Shown here: in pieces, positions 23,322 through 34,010 of the stretch | Numbering within the stretch: position 1 is the stretch's first letter | How the letters are laid out: the number at the start of each line of letters is the position of its first letter | Origin: Torpedo marmorata | Taxonomy: Eukaryota | Direction: 5' to 3' | Assembly (NCBI GenBank): GCA_977017645.1 | Contig: OZ360253.1 | Span: 25,544,001 to 25,608,000 of the forward strand | DNA: 64,000 nt | Program-made: the position numbers and the translations under genes | The notes under the pieces: generated by a model | What the model was told of the DNA's origin: nothing | What the model saw: only the letters and a program-made list of their open reading frames with translations | Database searches by the model: none

Positions 23322-23817
23322 CAATGTTCCCTCTAATTTTTAGTAGTCAGTGTGCGCAAAAATCTTATGTTGTGCAAATATTTTTCCTGTGACAAAAGTG
23401 TGTGCGCACTGAATGCTTGTGCAAATGTAAACTTGAAATTGTTTCAAGATCATTTTGGCACAACCTATCTCTCATGGCTACTAAAACTGTATTGGCATGT
23501 TTTAACATAATACAAGTATGATTGCATTCTACGAAGTAACGTATTTAGTTAAGATTTTATTCTATACTTTGAACTACATTGTTCAGTTTGTTGTTCCTTT
23601 AAATAAAACATCAATGAGTATGAGTATATGTGGTATTTAAAAAACTACTAACTAGTTAACAGAAACAGTTAGCTAAGAGATTATTTTCAATAAGTATAAT
23701 TATTAATTACTACATTATTTAGGTAACTAACCTTTTGTGCGCGCATTAATTTCCTTTGTGCGCAGGTTGCAAAACGTGTGTGCGTGCGCACACGCGCACA
23801 GCTTAGAGGGAACAGTG
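23322..23817. mobile_element. hAT non-autonomous element nested in Tc1
   Basis: Perfect 8-bp TSD tacctgag; TIR caatgttccctctaa / ttagagggaacagtg. Confidence 0.92.
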
Positions 23818-23950
23818 TACCTGAGTACTCAGTGAAGCCAAATGTCCCAAAAATTATGGTGCCCTGAAGTGAGGGGACTATGTATAAAAGGTGCTGTAAT
23901 TTCTACATGGTCAAACCAAAATGCATACAAATAACCTTGAATAAAATTTG

Positions 23951-24800
23951 GACGGCGGCGCTGCCGGAGTCGCTGTAGCGGCAGCGCTGCCGCTGGTGCG
24001 GACTCGCGGGGAGCAAGGGAGCGGAGATACAGCGCTCCCGCGGAGTCCAACCGCCCAGTCGACTGCCGTCGGTTCCGCACGGGCTTTGAACAGCCCGTTA
24101 AAGGAGCCGGCGGTGGTTTTATTTGAGATCCCGTGACCGCGGGGTCTGCGCCCAAGATGGCAGCGCCTATTAATCGGCGGCAGCCACGAGGGGCTGCTGA
24201 CTCCAGGGAAGCGGGGGACTGGAGCAGGGCACCAGTGGACGGGAAGATCACCCCCGTCTGAGAAGGAGAAGCGGAGGAGACGACCCACGGGACGGTGAGC
24301 ACAGCGGCGGACCGTTGAGGGGGCTCTGAGGCTGAAGGACCAGTGCATGCTGCGGGCTGCTGGCGACTCAAGGCGAGGAACCCACGGAGGCTGTGCGCTG
24401 CTGGAGACTGCTGTCGGGGGACTCACGACGGGCTGCGGACTGCTGGAGGTTGGCTCGAACTGGCTGGAGGAGTACCAGGTATCGGAACCGGGATGTGAGG
24501 GGGTGCCGAGGGCGACCTGACCGTGTTGGAGGTTCGGATCTGGAGCTCGGGATGCCGATCGTTTGGACTGGACTGTGCGTGGCTGCGGAAGCGCTGGAGG
24601 CGAATCTATGGACACTCGGTGACTCTGGGGGGACTCTCTTTTGCTTCTCTTTCTCTGACTGTAAGGAATGTTAGAGGCGCTTAGGCAATTTCTGCCGATG
24701 GCGAATCTGTCTGCCTTGCAGCAGGCAGAAAGAAATTTTGTGGTATATGACACTGTCTTATTGCTGTGACAATAAATTGAATCTTGAATCTTGAATCTTG
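23951..24800 (+). mobile_element. CpG-rich non-coding retroposon, apparently full length, nested in the Tc1 right TIR
   Basis: Starts gcggcgctgccggag; ends gtgacaataaattg(aatcttg)3; homologous copies at 13177, 25380 and 36898. Confidence 0.85.
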
Positions 24801-25379
24801 AATGTGCACTTTAATTACATGTGAATTGTTTGATTACAAATTTAAAACTGTGGAGTGCAGGGGAAAATAAAGGAAAAAAGTGTCTTTGTCCCAAACATTA
24901 TGAAGGGCACTGTATATCATGGTACAGGGAGAAAGTTCATACCAAGTACAACAATAAAAGCACAATATAGAGTGGAGGTACATAGAAAGATCAGTTAAAA
25001 CAGAGAAAAGGCGACATTATTTCCGTTCATTGGTGAGGTTCATTTAGGAGTCCGATCACAGCAGGAAAGAAACTGTCCTTGCGTTGAGAAGTGCAGGATC
25101 TCACACTCGTGAATCTTCTTCGTTATGGGAGGAGGGTGAAGAGAGCGTGATTGGCTGGGATGAGTCTCCCATTCCGTCCTCTTCACTCTGCCTTCTGTAT
25201 TACCTTACCTCAGTCCTGATGAAGAGTTTCAGCTCAAAACTGTGACCATTTTTTTTATCCCACTGATGCTGCTCGACCCGCTGAATTCCTCTAGCAGATT
25301 GTGTTTGGTTTCAGATTCCAGCATCTGCAGTCTCCTATGTGTCTCTGAGTCTTGTAATAGGTTGATAGGGAATGGAGTA

Positions 25380-26171
25380 GATTCAATATTCAAGATTCGT
25401 CTATTGTCATGTAATATAAACAGTGCAATATTACACGGAATTTGCTTTCATCTGCCATAAGCAGATTTGCCATGGGCAGAAATTGCCTGAAGCGCCTCTT
25501 ACTGTCAGAGAAAGAGAAGCAAAAGAGAGTCCCCCTCAGAGTCACCGAGTGTCCGTAGATTCGTCTCCAGCGCTTCCACAGCCCCTGCAGCCACACAGAG
25601 TCCAGTCCAAACCATCAGTATCCTGAGCTCCAGATCTCCGACACGGTCAGGAACCCTTCAGCGCCCTCGGCACCTTCTCGCACCCCGGTTCCAATACCTG
25701 GTACGCCTTCAGCCATTCTCTTGCCAGTCCCCAGCTGTCCGCCGCCTGGTGTGAATCCCTCGACCGGAGTTGCCTGCAGCCCGCAGCCTGCGCGGATTCC
25801 ACGCCTCGAGTCGCCAACAGCCCACTGCCTGCGTGCTCTTCAGCCGCAGAACCCCTCACTGGTTCGTCGCCGTGGTCACCGTGCCGTGGGTCGTCTCCTC
25901 TACTTCTTCTCAAACGGGGGGTGGGGGTGCGTTCTCCCCATTTTCTGGTGCCCTGCTTCTTCGGAGTCTGCAACCCCTTGTGGGCTGCTGCTGATCCGTG
26001 GTCACAGAATTTTTAAATAAAACCAATGTAGGCTCCATTAACAGGCCGTTTAAAACCAGTACGGAGCTGATGGCAGTCGGACTGGGTGGTCGTGCCGTGC
26101 CGGGAGCGCCGTGACTCCACGGGTCCACACCAGCGACAGTTCTGCCGTTACAGCAGCTCCGGCAGCGCCGC
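25380..26171 (-). mobile_element. CpG-rich non-coding retroposon, apparently full length
   Basis: Same 5' start gcggcgctgccggag and (aatcttg)-type tail as 23951-24800. Confidence 0.85.
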
Positions 26172-26179
26172 AATTTTCG

Positions 26180-26510
26180 AATAAAAGAAAAGAAGCCATG
26201 TTCCAGCTATATTAAGCTTTGATTAGGCCACACGGAGTATTGCGTGCAATTCTGTTTGCCTCATTACATGAAGGACGTGGAGGCATTGGGTAGGGTAAAG
26301 AAGACATTTACCAGGATGCTGCCTGGATTAGTGGGTATGGGCTGGAAGGATAGTTTCTCTGGAGCCTTGGAGTCAGAGGGGAGACCTGAACAAATTATGA
26401 GAAGCATAGACAATCTGGTTCGTTATCCCCAGGGTAAAAGTCAAAAGGAAGTGCGGGGCAAGCTTTTTTTAAACACAGAGAGTGGTAGGTCCTGGAACGG
26501 CCCACCAGGG
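26180..26510 (+). mobile_element. Old CR1 RT fragment
   Basis: YCVQFCLPHYMKDVEALGRVKKTFTRMLPGL. Confidence 0.75.
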
Positions 26511-26652
26511 CTATTATGTGCAGCGCAGACACATGAGCCACAGGGCTCTATTGCTTGATGTTCTGCATGGAAACAGGCCCTTCAGCCCAACATGCATGCT
26601 AACCAAGTTCCCCTTCTGAGGTAATCCCATGAGCTTGCGTTCGGTCCATATT

Positions 26653-27088
26653 CAGATAGTCCCCGACTTACGATGGTCCGACTTACGATTTTTCGAAGTT
26701 ACGATGGTAGAATCCGTACTGTACTTCAATTTTTGGCTAGGCTAGTCTATGATGTTCAGTGTCTCCCCACAGCCCTGAATCAGTCCCCACACTGCCCCGC
26801 TCTCTCCCGACAGCCCCGTGTCGGTCCCCACACTGATCACACTGCACTGCCCCGCTCTCTCCCGACAGCCCCGTGTCGGTCCCCACACTGATCCCACTGC
26901 ACTGCCCCGCTCTCTCCCGACAGCCCGCTATCAGTCCCCACACTGATCCTACTGCACTGCCCCGCTCTCTCCTGACAGCCCCGTGTCGGTCCCCACACTG
27001 ACCCCACTGCCCTTTTTCGACTTACGATTTTTTCGACTTACAATGGGAGTGCCGGAATGTGACCCCATCGTAAGTTGAGGACTACCTG
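26653..27088. mobile_element. Tigger/pogo MITE with internal ~57-bp minisatellite, inserted in a minus-strand CR1 tail
   Basis: TIR cagatagtccccgacttacgatgg / ccatcgtaagttgaggactacctg; CR1 sequence resumes on both sides. Confidence 0.85.
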
Positions 27089-27440
27089 TATCTCTAAACC
27101 TTCCCCATCCATGTACCCATCCAAGTGTCTTTTAGATGTCGTAATTATCCCTGCCTCTACCACTTCCTCTGACTGCTCGTTCGACATGCACACCACCCTT
27201 TGTGCAATAAAGGTGCCTCTCGGGTAGATGGGTGACATTGCTGGTTTCATCGATTTTTTATAACCACTAAAGTCAGCACCAAAATAAAAATGTTAAATTC
27301 ATTCATCAAAGAATGTATGACATCATTGCAGGTAAAGAGTTCCTGAAAGTATCAGGACACACAGGATATATATTGGCTTCTTGTCAGATGTAATCCAGCT
27401 GACGGCATTCTCAAGGGCACTAAACTTGTTTGGTTTTACC

Positions 27441-28721
27441 CAGGGGCGTAGCCAGGTTCTAAAGTTAGGGGGAGCGAGCACATAAAAAAGGCACCACGAC
27501 ACATACCAGATGATGAGTCAGTGGTTGAATGGCGGGCTGCACTGAGTTTTCGGCGATGTTGGACCGGAGCGGGGGTGGTGTGGTGTTGGCATCGGACCGG
27601 AGCGGGGGTGGGGTGGTGTTGGCATCGGCCGGAGCAGGGGTGGGGTGGTGTTGGCATCGGCCGGAGCAGGGGTGGGGTGGTGTTGGCATCGGACCAGAGC
27701 GGGGGTGGGGTGGTGTTGGCATCAGACCGGAGCAGGGGTGGGGTGGTGTCAGTGTCAGACCGGAGTGGTGGGGAGCGGGGGGGTGGTGTTGGCATCGGAC
27801 CGGAGCGAGGGAGTGGGGTGGTGTTGGCATCGGCCGGAGCAGGGGTGGGGTGGTGTTGGCATCGGACCAGAGCGGGGGTGGGGTGGTGTTGGCATCAGAC
27901 CGGAGCAGGGGTGGGGTGGTGTCAGTGTCAGACCGGAGTGGTGGGGAGCGGGGGTGGGGTGGTGTTGGCATCGGACCTGAGCGGGGGTGGGGTGGTGTTG
28001 GCATCGGCTGGAGCAGGGGTGGGGTGGTGTTGGCATCGGACCAGAGCGGGGGTGGGGTGGTGTTGGCATCGGACCTGAGCGGGGGTGGGGTGGTGTTGGC
28101 ATCGGCTGGAGCAGGGGTGGGGTGGTGTTGGCATCGGACCAGAGCGGGGGTGGGGTGGTGTTGGCATCGGCCGGAGCAGGGGTGGGGTGCTGTTGGCATC
28201 GGACCAGAGCGGGGGTGGGGTGGTGTTGGCATCGGACCTGAGCGGGGGTGGGGTGGTGTCAGTGTCAGACCGGTGTGTTGGGGAGCGGGGGGGTGGTGTT
28301 GGCATCGGACCAGAGCGGGGGGATGGTGTTGGCGTCGGGCTGGAGCGGGGGGGTGGTGTCGGCGTCGGACCGGAGCGGGGGGGGTGGTGTTGGCGTCGGA
28401 CCGGAGTGGGGGGGGTGGTGTTGGCGTCGGATCAGAGCGGGGGGGTGGTTTCGGCGACGGACCTGAGGGGGAGGTGGTGTTGGCGTCGGACTGGAGCGGG
28501 GGGGTGGTGTTGGCGTCGGACCGGAGCGGGGGGGGTGGTGTCGGCATCGGACCAGAGCGGCGGGGGTGGGGGAGTGGTGTCGGACCAGAGCGGGGGGGTG
28601 GTGTTGGCGTCGGACCAGAGCGGGGTGGGGGGGGGGGTGTTGGCGTCGGAATGGGGAGGGGGGGAAAGGCACCACTTTTGAAAAATATGCTCCCCCTGCA
28701 CCCCCTCTTGCCAAGCCACTG
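27441..28721. mobile_element. hAT-type non-autonomous element expanded by a minisatellite
   Basis: Ends caggggcgtagcca / ttgccaagccactg; imperfect TSD gttttacc / gtgttaca. Confidence 0.65.
27558..28660 (+). repeat. G-rich minisatellite, unit 30-33 bp (ggaccggagcgggggtggggtggtgttggcatc)
   Basis: More than 30 variant units visible directly. Confidence 0.95.
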
Positions 28722-28829
28722 GTGTTACAAGAATTGAGTAATTCTGTTACCATTAACAATCAGGCCTAGTCGACCCTTAAGGGAAAAGGACACATTGTGT
28801 CAACTCAGGCGCTCGAGAGTGCTGTACCA

Positions 28830-29065
28830 GGAAGAAGGAATACGCGATTCAACCCATCGAGTCTGCCCCACCGTGCGACCATGAGCTGATCCATTCTCCC
28901 ACTCAGCTCTACTGCCCAGCCTTCTCCCCGTAACCTTTGATACCCTGGCTAATCAAGAGTCCATCAATCTCTGCCTTAAATACACCCAGTGACCTGGCCT
29001 CCACAACTGCCTGTAGCAGCAAATTCCATAGATTCACCACCCTCTGGCTAAAGAAACTTCTCTGC
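28830..29065 (-). mobile_element. CR1 3' end
   Basis: FFSQRVVNLWNLL.QAVVEARSLGVFKAEID plus 3' UTR. Confidence 0.85.
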
Positions 29066-29302
29066 AAGGTGAATTCAAACAAATACAAGAACTGCATGGG
29101 AAGAATTCAAGAGAATTAGCCGGACAGCAGTTGACATGGGCCATCCCACTGGCAGAAATATTTTAGAAGAGCATTTTAGATCTCGCTTGTCAACTTTTAA
29201 GAATGAATCTAGCTGACAAATAAATTATGTTACAATATTTTACTGATTGAAGATGCTCCTAATAGTTTTAAGAGAGATACAGTCACAGGCCCAAATCTTT
29301 AT

Positions 29303-29575
29303 GGGCGGCACGGTTGGCATAGGACGGCACGGTTGGCGTAGCGGTCAGTGCCTCTACAGCGCCTGCGATCGGGATCAGGGTTCGAATCCTGCGTTGTCTG
29401 TAAGGAGTTTACACGTTCTCCTCGTGTCTGCGTGGGTTTTCCCCCGGGGGCTCCGGTATCCTCCCACCGTTCAAAACGTACCGGGGGGGGTGTAGGTTAA
29501 TTGGGGGTAAATTGGGCGGCGCGGACTCGTGGGCCGAAATGGCCTGTTACCGCGCTGTATGTCTAAATAAACTAA
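29303..29575 (+). mobile_element. HE1/V-SINE with a duplicated first ~19 nt of the head
   Basis: gggcggcacggttggcata-ggacggcacggttggcgtagcgg; V-domain; tail. Confidence 0.9.
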
Positions 29576-30175
29576 AAAATTACAAGAGACATACTTGCAC
29601 ATTTACAGATTATCAGATTTACTGGATATAATTTCACAGTGGGGTCTCCCTGTTGTGACATGCCCTGTATGATTTCTTGAGGCATTGGAAAGGTATTGGA
29701 ATGATTGGACAATAACGGTTCACTGGAATATGCAGGATTGGACAGAACTATCAGGCAAAGTTAAGAGCTTTTGTCTACTGAGATGGCAATGAGATATCTG
29801 AAAGAAGGGTTTATAGGGGTAGATAAAAAATATAAACAGCTTTTTTTGTCTTCGCAAGAAGACCTAGATTGGCCAGTGAAGAAAGAAAGAGGGAGTTTGG
29901 GAGATGTTTTTCCTCGTACATTGAATGATAACACTTGGTTTTATACCAATGGTCAATGAGTTAATGGTAACAGTATTATTTAAGGAAATGAACTGAATAA
30001 TAATTTAAAAAAAGGAGAAATGCAAGCAGGATGCACAGGTTGTCAGGAAGGTCCGAAAGAAATGTTCACATCAGCAGTGGCTCCGTGGCCTGCAGCTGCG
30101 AGGAAATTTTTGGGAAGAAGGTGGAAGGAAGGAATGAAAGGAGGAAGTGAAAGGAAGTTATGGTGAAAGAAGGAC

Positions 30176-32045
30176 TGGGAAGAGTGAGGGGCGGGTAGAG
30201 TGAGGGGCGGGAAGAGTGAGGGGAGGGAAGTATGAGGGAGGGAAGAGTGAGGGGCAGGAAGAGTGAGGGAGGGAAGAGTGAGGGACGGGAAGAGTGAGGG
30301 ACGGGAAGTGAGAGGGGCGGGAAGAGTGAGGGAGGGAAGAGTGAGGGACGGGAAGAGTGAGGGGCGGGAAGAGTGAGGGGAGGGAAGTGTGAGGGCGGGA
30401 AGAGTGAGGGGCGGGAAGAGTGAGGGAGGGAAGAGTGAGGGAGGGAAGAGTGAGGGGAGGGAAGAGTGAGGGAGGGAAGTGAGAGGGGCGGGAAGTGAGA
30501 GGGGCGGGAAGAGTGAGGGGAGGGAAGAGTGAGGGCGGGAAGAGTGAGGGTAGGGATGAGTGAGGGGAGGGAAGAGTGAGGGGCGGGAAGTATGAGGGAG
30601 GGAAGAGTGAGGGGCGGGAAGAGTGAGGAAGGGAAGAGTGAGGGACGGGAAGAGTGAGGGACGGGAAGTGAGAGGGGCGGGAAGAGTGAGGGAGGGAAGA
30701 GTGAGGGACGGGAAGAGTGAGGGGCGGGAAGAGTGAGGGGAGGGAAGTGTGAGGGTGGGAAGAGTGAAGGGCGGGAAGAGTGAGGGAGGGAAGAGTGAGG
30801 GAGGGAAGAGTGAGGGGAGGGAAGAGTGAGGGAGGGAAGTGAGAGGGGCGGGAAGTGAGAGGGGCGGGAAGAGTGAGGGGAGGGAAGAGTGAGGGCGGGA
30901 AGAGTGAGGGGAGGAATGAGTGAGGGGAGGGAAGAGTGAGGGGCGGGAAGTATGAGGAAGGGAAGAGTGAGGGGCGGGAAGAGTGAGGGCGGGAAGAGTG
31001 AGGGGAGGGAAGTGTGAGGGCAGGAAGAGTGAGGGGAGGGAAGTATGAGGGAGGGAAGAGTGAGGGACGGGAAGAGTGAGGGAGGGAAGAGTGAGGGACG
31101 GAAAGAGTGAGGGAGGGAAGAGTGAGGGAGGGAAGAGTGAGGGAGGGAAGAGTGAGGGGAGGGAAGAGTGAGGGAGGGAAGTGAGAGGGGCGGGAAGTGA
31201 GAGGGGCGGGAAGAGTGAGGGGAGGGAAGAGTGAGGGGAGGGATGAGTGAGGGGAGGGAAGAGTGAGGGGCGGGAAGAGTGAGGGGCGGGAAGTGTAAGG
31301 GAGGGAAGAGTGAGGGACGAGAAGAGTGAGGGAGGGAAGAGTGAGGGAGGGATGAGTGAGGGGGGGAAGTGTGAGGGAGGGAAGAGTGAGGGAGGGAAGA
31401 GTGAGGGAGGNNNNNNNNNNNNNNNNNNNNNNNNNNNNNNNNNNNNNNNNNNNNNNNNNNNNNNNNNNNNNNNNNNNNNNNNNNNNNNNNNNNNNNNNNN
31501 NNNNNNNNNNGGAAGGGTGAGGGGAGGGATGAGTGAGGGGAGGGAAGGGTGAGGGGAGGGATGAGTGAGGGGAGGGAAGGGTGAGGGGAGGGATGAGTGA
31601 GGGGAGGGATGAGTGAGGGGAGGGAAGAGTGAGGGGGGCGAAGAGTGAGGGGTGGGAAGGGTGAGGGGAGGGATGAGTGAGGGGAGGGAAGGGTGAGTGG
31701 AGGGAAGAGTGAGGGGAGGGAAGAGTGAGGGGAGGGATGAGTGAGGGGAGGGAAGAGTGAGGGGAGGGAAGGGTGAGGGGAGGGATGAGTGAGGGGAGGG
31801 AAGGGTGAGGGGAGGGAAGGGTGAGGGGAGGGATGAGTGAGGGGAGGGAAGGGTGAGGGGAGGGATGAGTGAGGGGAGGGAAGGGTGAGGGGAGGGAAGG
31901 GTAAGGGGTGGGAAGAGTGAGGGGAGGGAAGAGTGAGGGGAGGGGTGAGGGGAGGGATGAGTGAGGGGCGGGAAGAGTGATGGGGAAAGAGTGAGGGCAC
32001 GTAGAGTGAGGGAGGGAAGAGTGAGGAGCGGGAAGAGTGAGGGCG
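30176..32045 (+). repeat. Polypurine minisatellite (gggaagagtgagggga, 15-16 bp) spanning an assembly gap
   Basis: Directly visible; 360-bp higher-order periodicity on the left side. Confidence 0.97.
31411..31510. other. Assembly gap (100 N)
   Basis: Run of N. Confidence 1.
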
Positions 32046-32169
32046 GATTGGAGAACAAAGGAGTGCGGAAAAGGGAGGAAGAAAGACACAAAAAGCATTC
32101 ATGGAAATGATGGATAGAAAAAAGGGAAAGAGATGTCAAAAGGAAGATGTGGAAAGAAAGGATGAATGA

Positions 32170-32408
32170 AATTTTAAATTTTAAATTTTGACATACAGCA
32201 CAGTAACAGGCACTTTTGGCCCACGAGCCCGTGCCGCCCAATTACACCCAATTGACCTACAACCCCCGGTATGTTTTGAACGGTGGGAGTAAACAGGAGC
32301 CCCTGATGAAAACCCACGCAGACACGGGGAGAACGAACAAATTCGTGACAGACAGCGCGGGATTTGAACCCCGGTCCCGATCGCTGGTGATGTAGCTGCG
32401 TTACGCTA
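32170..32408 (-). mobile_element. HE1/V-SINE
   Basis: B box, V-domain, tail. Confidence 0.9.
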
Positions 32409-33337
32409 AAGGGGTGATGGAATGAATGACAGAAGGGAGGGTTGAAAAATAAAGGGAAAAGTGAATGGAGTAACAAGAGAAGGAAGGAGTAAAAAGACAA
32501 TGAATGTGTGAAAGAGAGTACAGACGATATACTGAAGGAAGGAATGGAGTGAGTGAAAGAACTGAAAGGAGGTGGGAGTGAAACAAAGAATAAAAGGATT
32601 GTGCAATTGTTTCGTTATTTATTAAATCACCAAAAAAATCAAAATTTAAAAGAAACTCCATTGCACAACAGAAATTATTAATGCACCTTGTCGTGGAATC
32701 TAATTCTGCAGCAATTGTTTTGACTTCACAGCTCTGTTCTGAGTGACTTTGGATCTTTCCCCATCACCCTCGCTTGACATGATTGATGTCAGGCTGGCTA
32801 ACAACATAATCGGCAAATGAATGAACAGACTTCCTCCAAAAGTTTTCACTGTAAATACAGCACACCGTCTCCATTGGAAACAGTCCCTCGCCATCCATCT
32901 TGTCGAGGAAGGGCAGATTACTAAGGGAAATTAATTTGGGTGGAACAACCTATTCCAACCCTCCTGCAACACTGATCATCATCAACTTAATTTGCAAGAA
33001 AAAAAATTTGCATCAAGATTTCTTAAACTCCAGGAAAAAGGAAAGCACCTTCATGCTGAGCACTGGCACACCTCAGGGCTGTGTGCTCAGCCTGCTCCTG
33101 TTCACACTACCGACCCACGACTGCATCGCCAGATCCGGCTACAACAGAGTCATTAAGTTTGCAGATGACGCCACAGTAGTTGGCCTCATCAGCAACAACG
33201 ATGAGTCACGCTGCAGAGAAGAGGTGGAAAATCTCGTGAAATGGTGCGAGAGTAACAGCCTGAGTCTCAACGTGGACAAGACGAAGGAGATGATCGTGGA
33301 CGTCAGGAGGACCAGGGACGACCACCCTCCGCATTAA

Positions 33338-33777
33338 CGTCTGGTTGCATCACTGTCTGGTAAGGAGGTGACAATGTACAGGACAGGAAAAAACTCCAAA
33401 GTTTTTTTAACTCGGCCAGCGACATCAGTCTTCATTCCATTGAGGACATCTACAAGAGGCGGTGTATTAAGAAATCAGCTTCTATCCTCAAGGACCCCCA
33501 CCATCCAGGCCATGCCCTCTTCACGCTGCTACCATCAGGAAGGAGGTACAGGAGGCCGAAGATGAGGACCCAGCGGCACAAGGACAGCTTCTTTCCCTCT
33601 GCCATTAGATTCCTGAATGATCAATGAAGCACAGACACTACCTCACTTTCTCCTATTTTCCTGCACTATTTATTTATTTTGAAATGCCATTCATAGCAAT
33701 ATTTGCACTGTAATGCTGCTGCAAAACAACAAATTTCGTGATATGTTCATGACAATAAATGTTTTATTCTGATTCTG
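33338..33777 (+). mobile_element. Rex1 subfamily A 3' fragment nested in subfamily C
   Basis: GCITVW..KDPHHPGHALFTLLPSGRRYR..HKDSFFP; tail ttctgattctg. Confidence 0.85.
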
Positions 33778-34010
33778 CATAGCTCAGTAGTGGAGAGCAC
33801 CATTCCTCGGAGTCCACTTAAATAGTGACACAAATCATCTCCTCACTTGTCAGGAAGGCACAATAGTGACTGCACTTCCTGAGAAGACTGAGGCGGGCAA
33901 GGCTACCCACCACAATCCTGTCAACTTTCTACGGGAACTCTATCGAGAGCATACTGGCCATTCGCATCATAGAGTGGATTGGTTTCTGTAGAGCATTGAA
34001 TCGGAAGCAA

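Larger units (their letters stand above)
22789..24912 (-). mobile_element. Tc1-like transposon with internal deletion and two nested insertions
   Basis: TA TSD; >110-bp TIRs starting cagtgccctccataatg; minus-strand remnant MRTRVVPMKVKEAIMRLK..QTLGLPKSTVWNIIKKKERTGELSNRKGTGRPRKTSTADDRRI (paired domain with GRPR). Confidence 0.92.

Noticed and set aside
23829-24753. 180-280 aa ORFs and CpG island as a host gene start
   Set aside because: They lie inside a multi-copy retroposon, and the reading frames are not preserved between copies.
27436-28769. Many overlapping Pro/Gly-rich ORFs; superficially CRISPR-like periodicity
   Set aside because: Head-to-tail minisatellite with no unique spacers, eukaryotic context and no cas genes.
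30043-32241. Long ORFs of 646-732 aa
   Set aside because: Open in all three minus frames only because the minisatellite lacks stop codons; they also cross an N gap.
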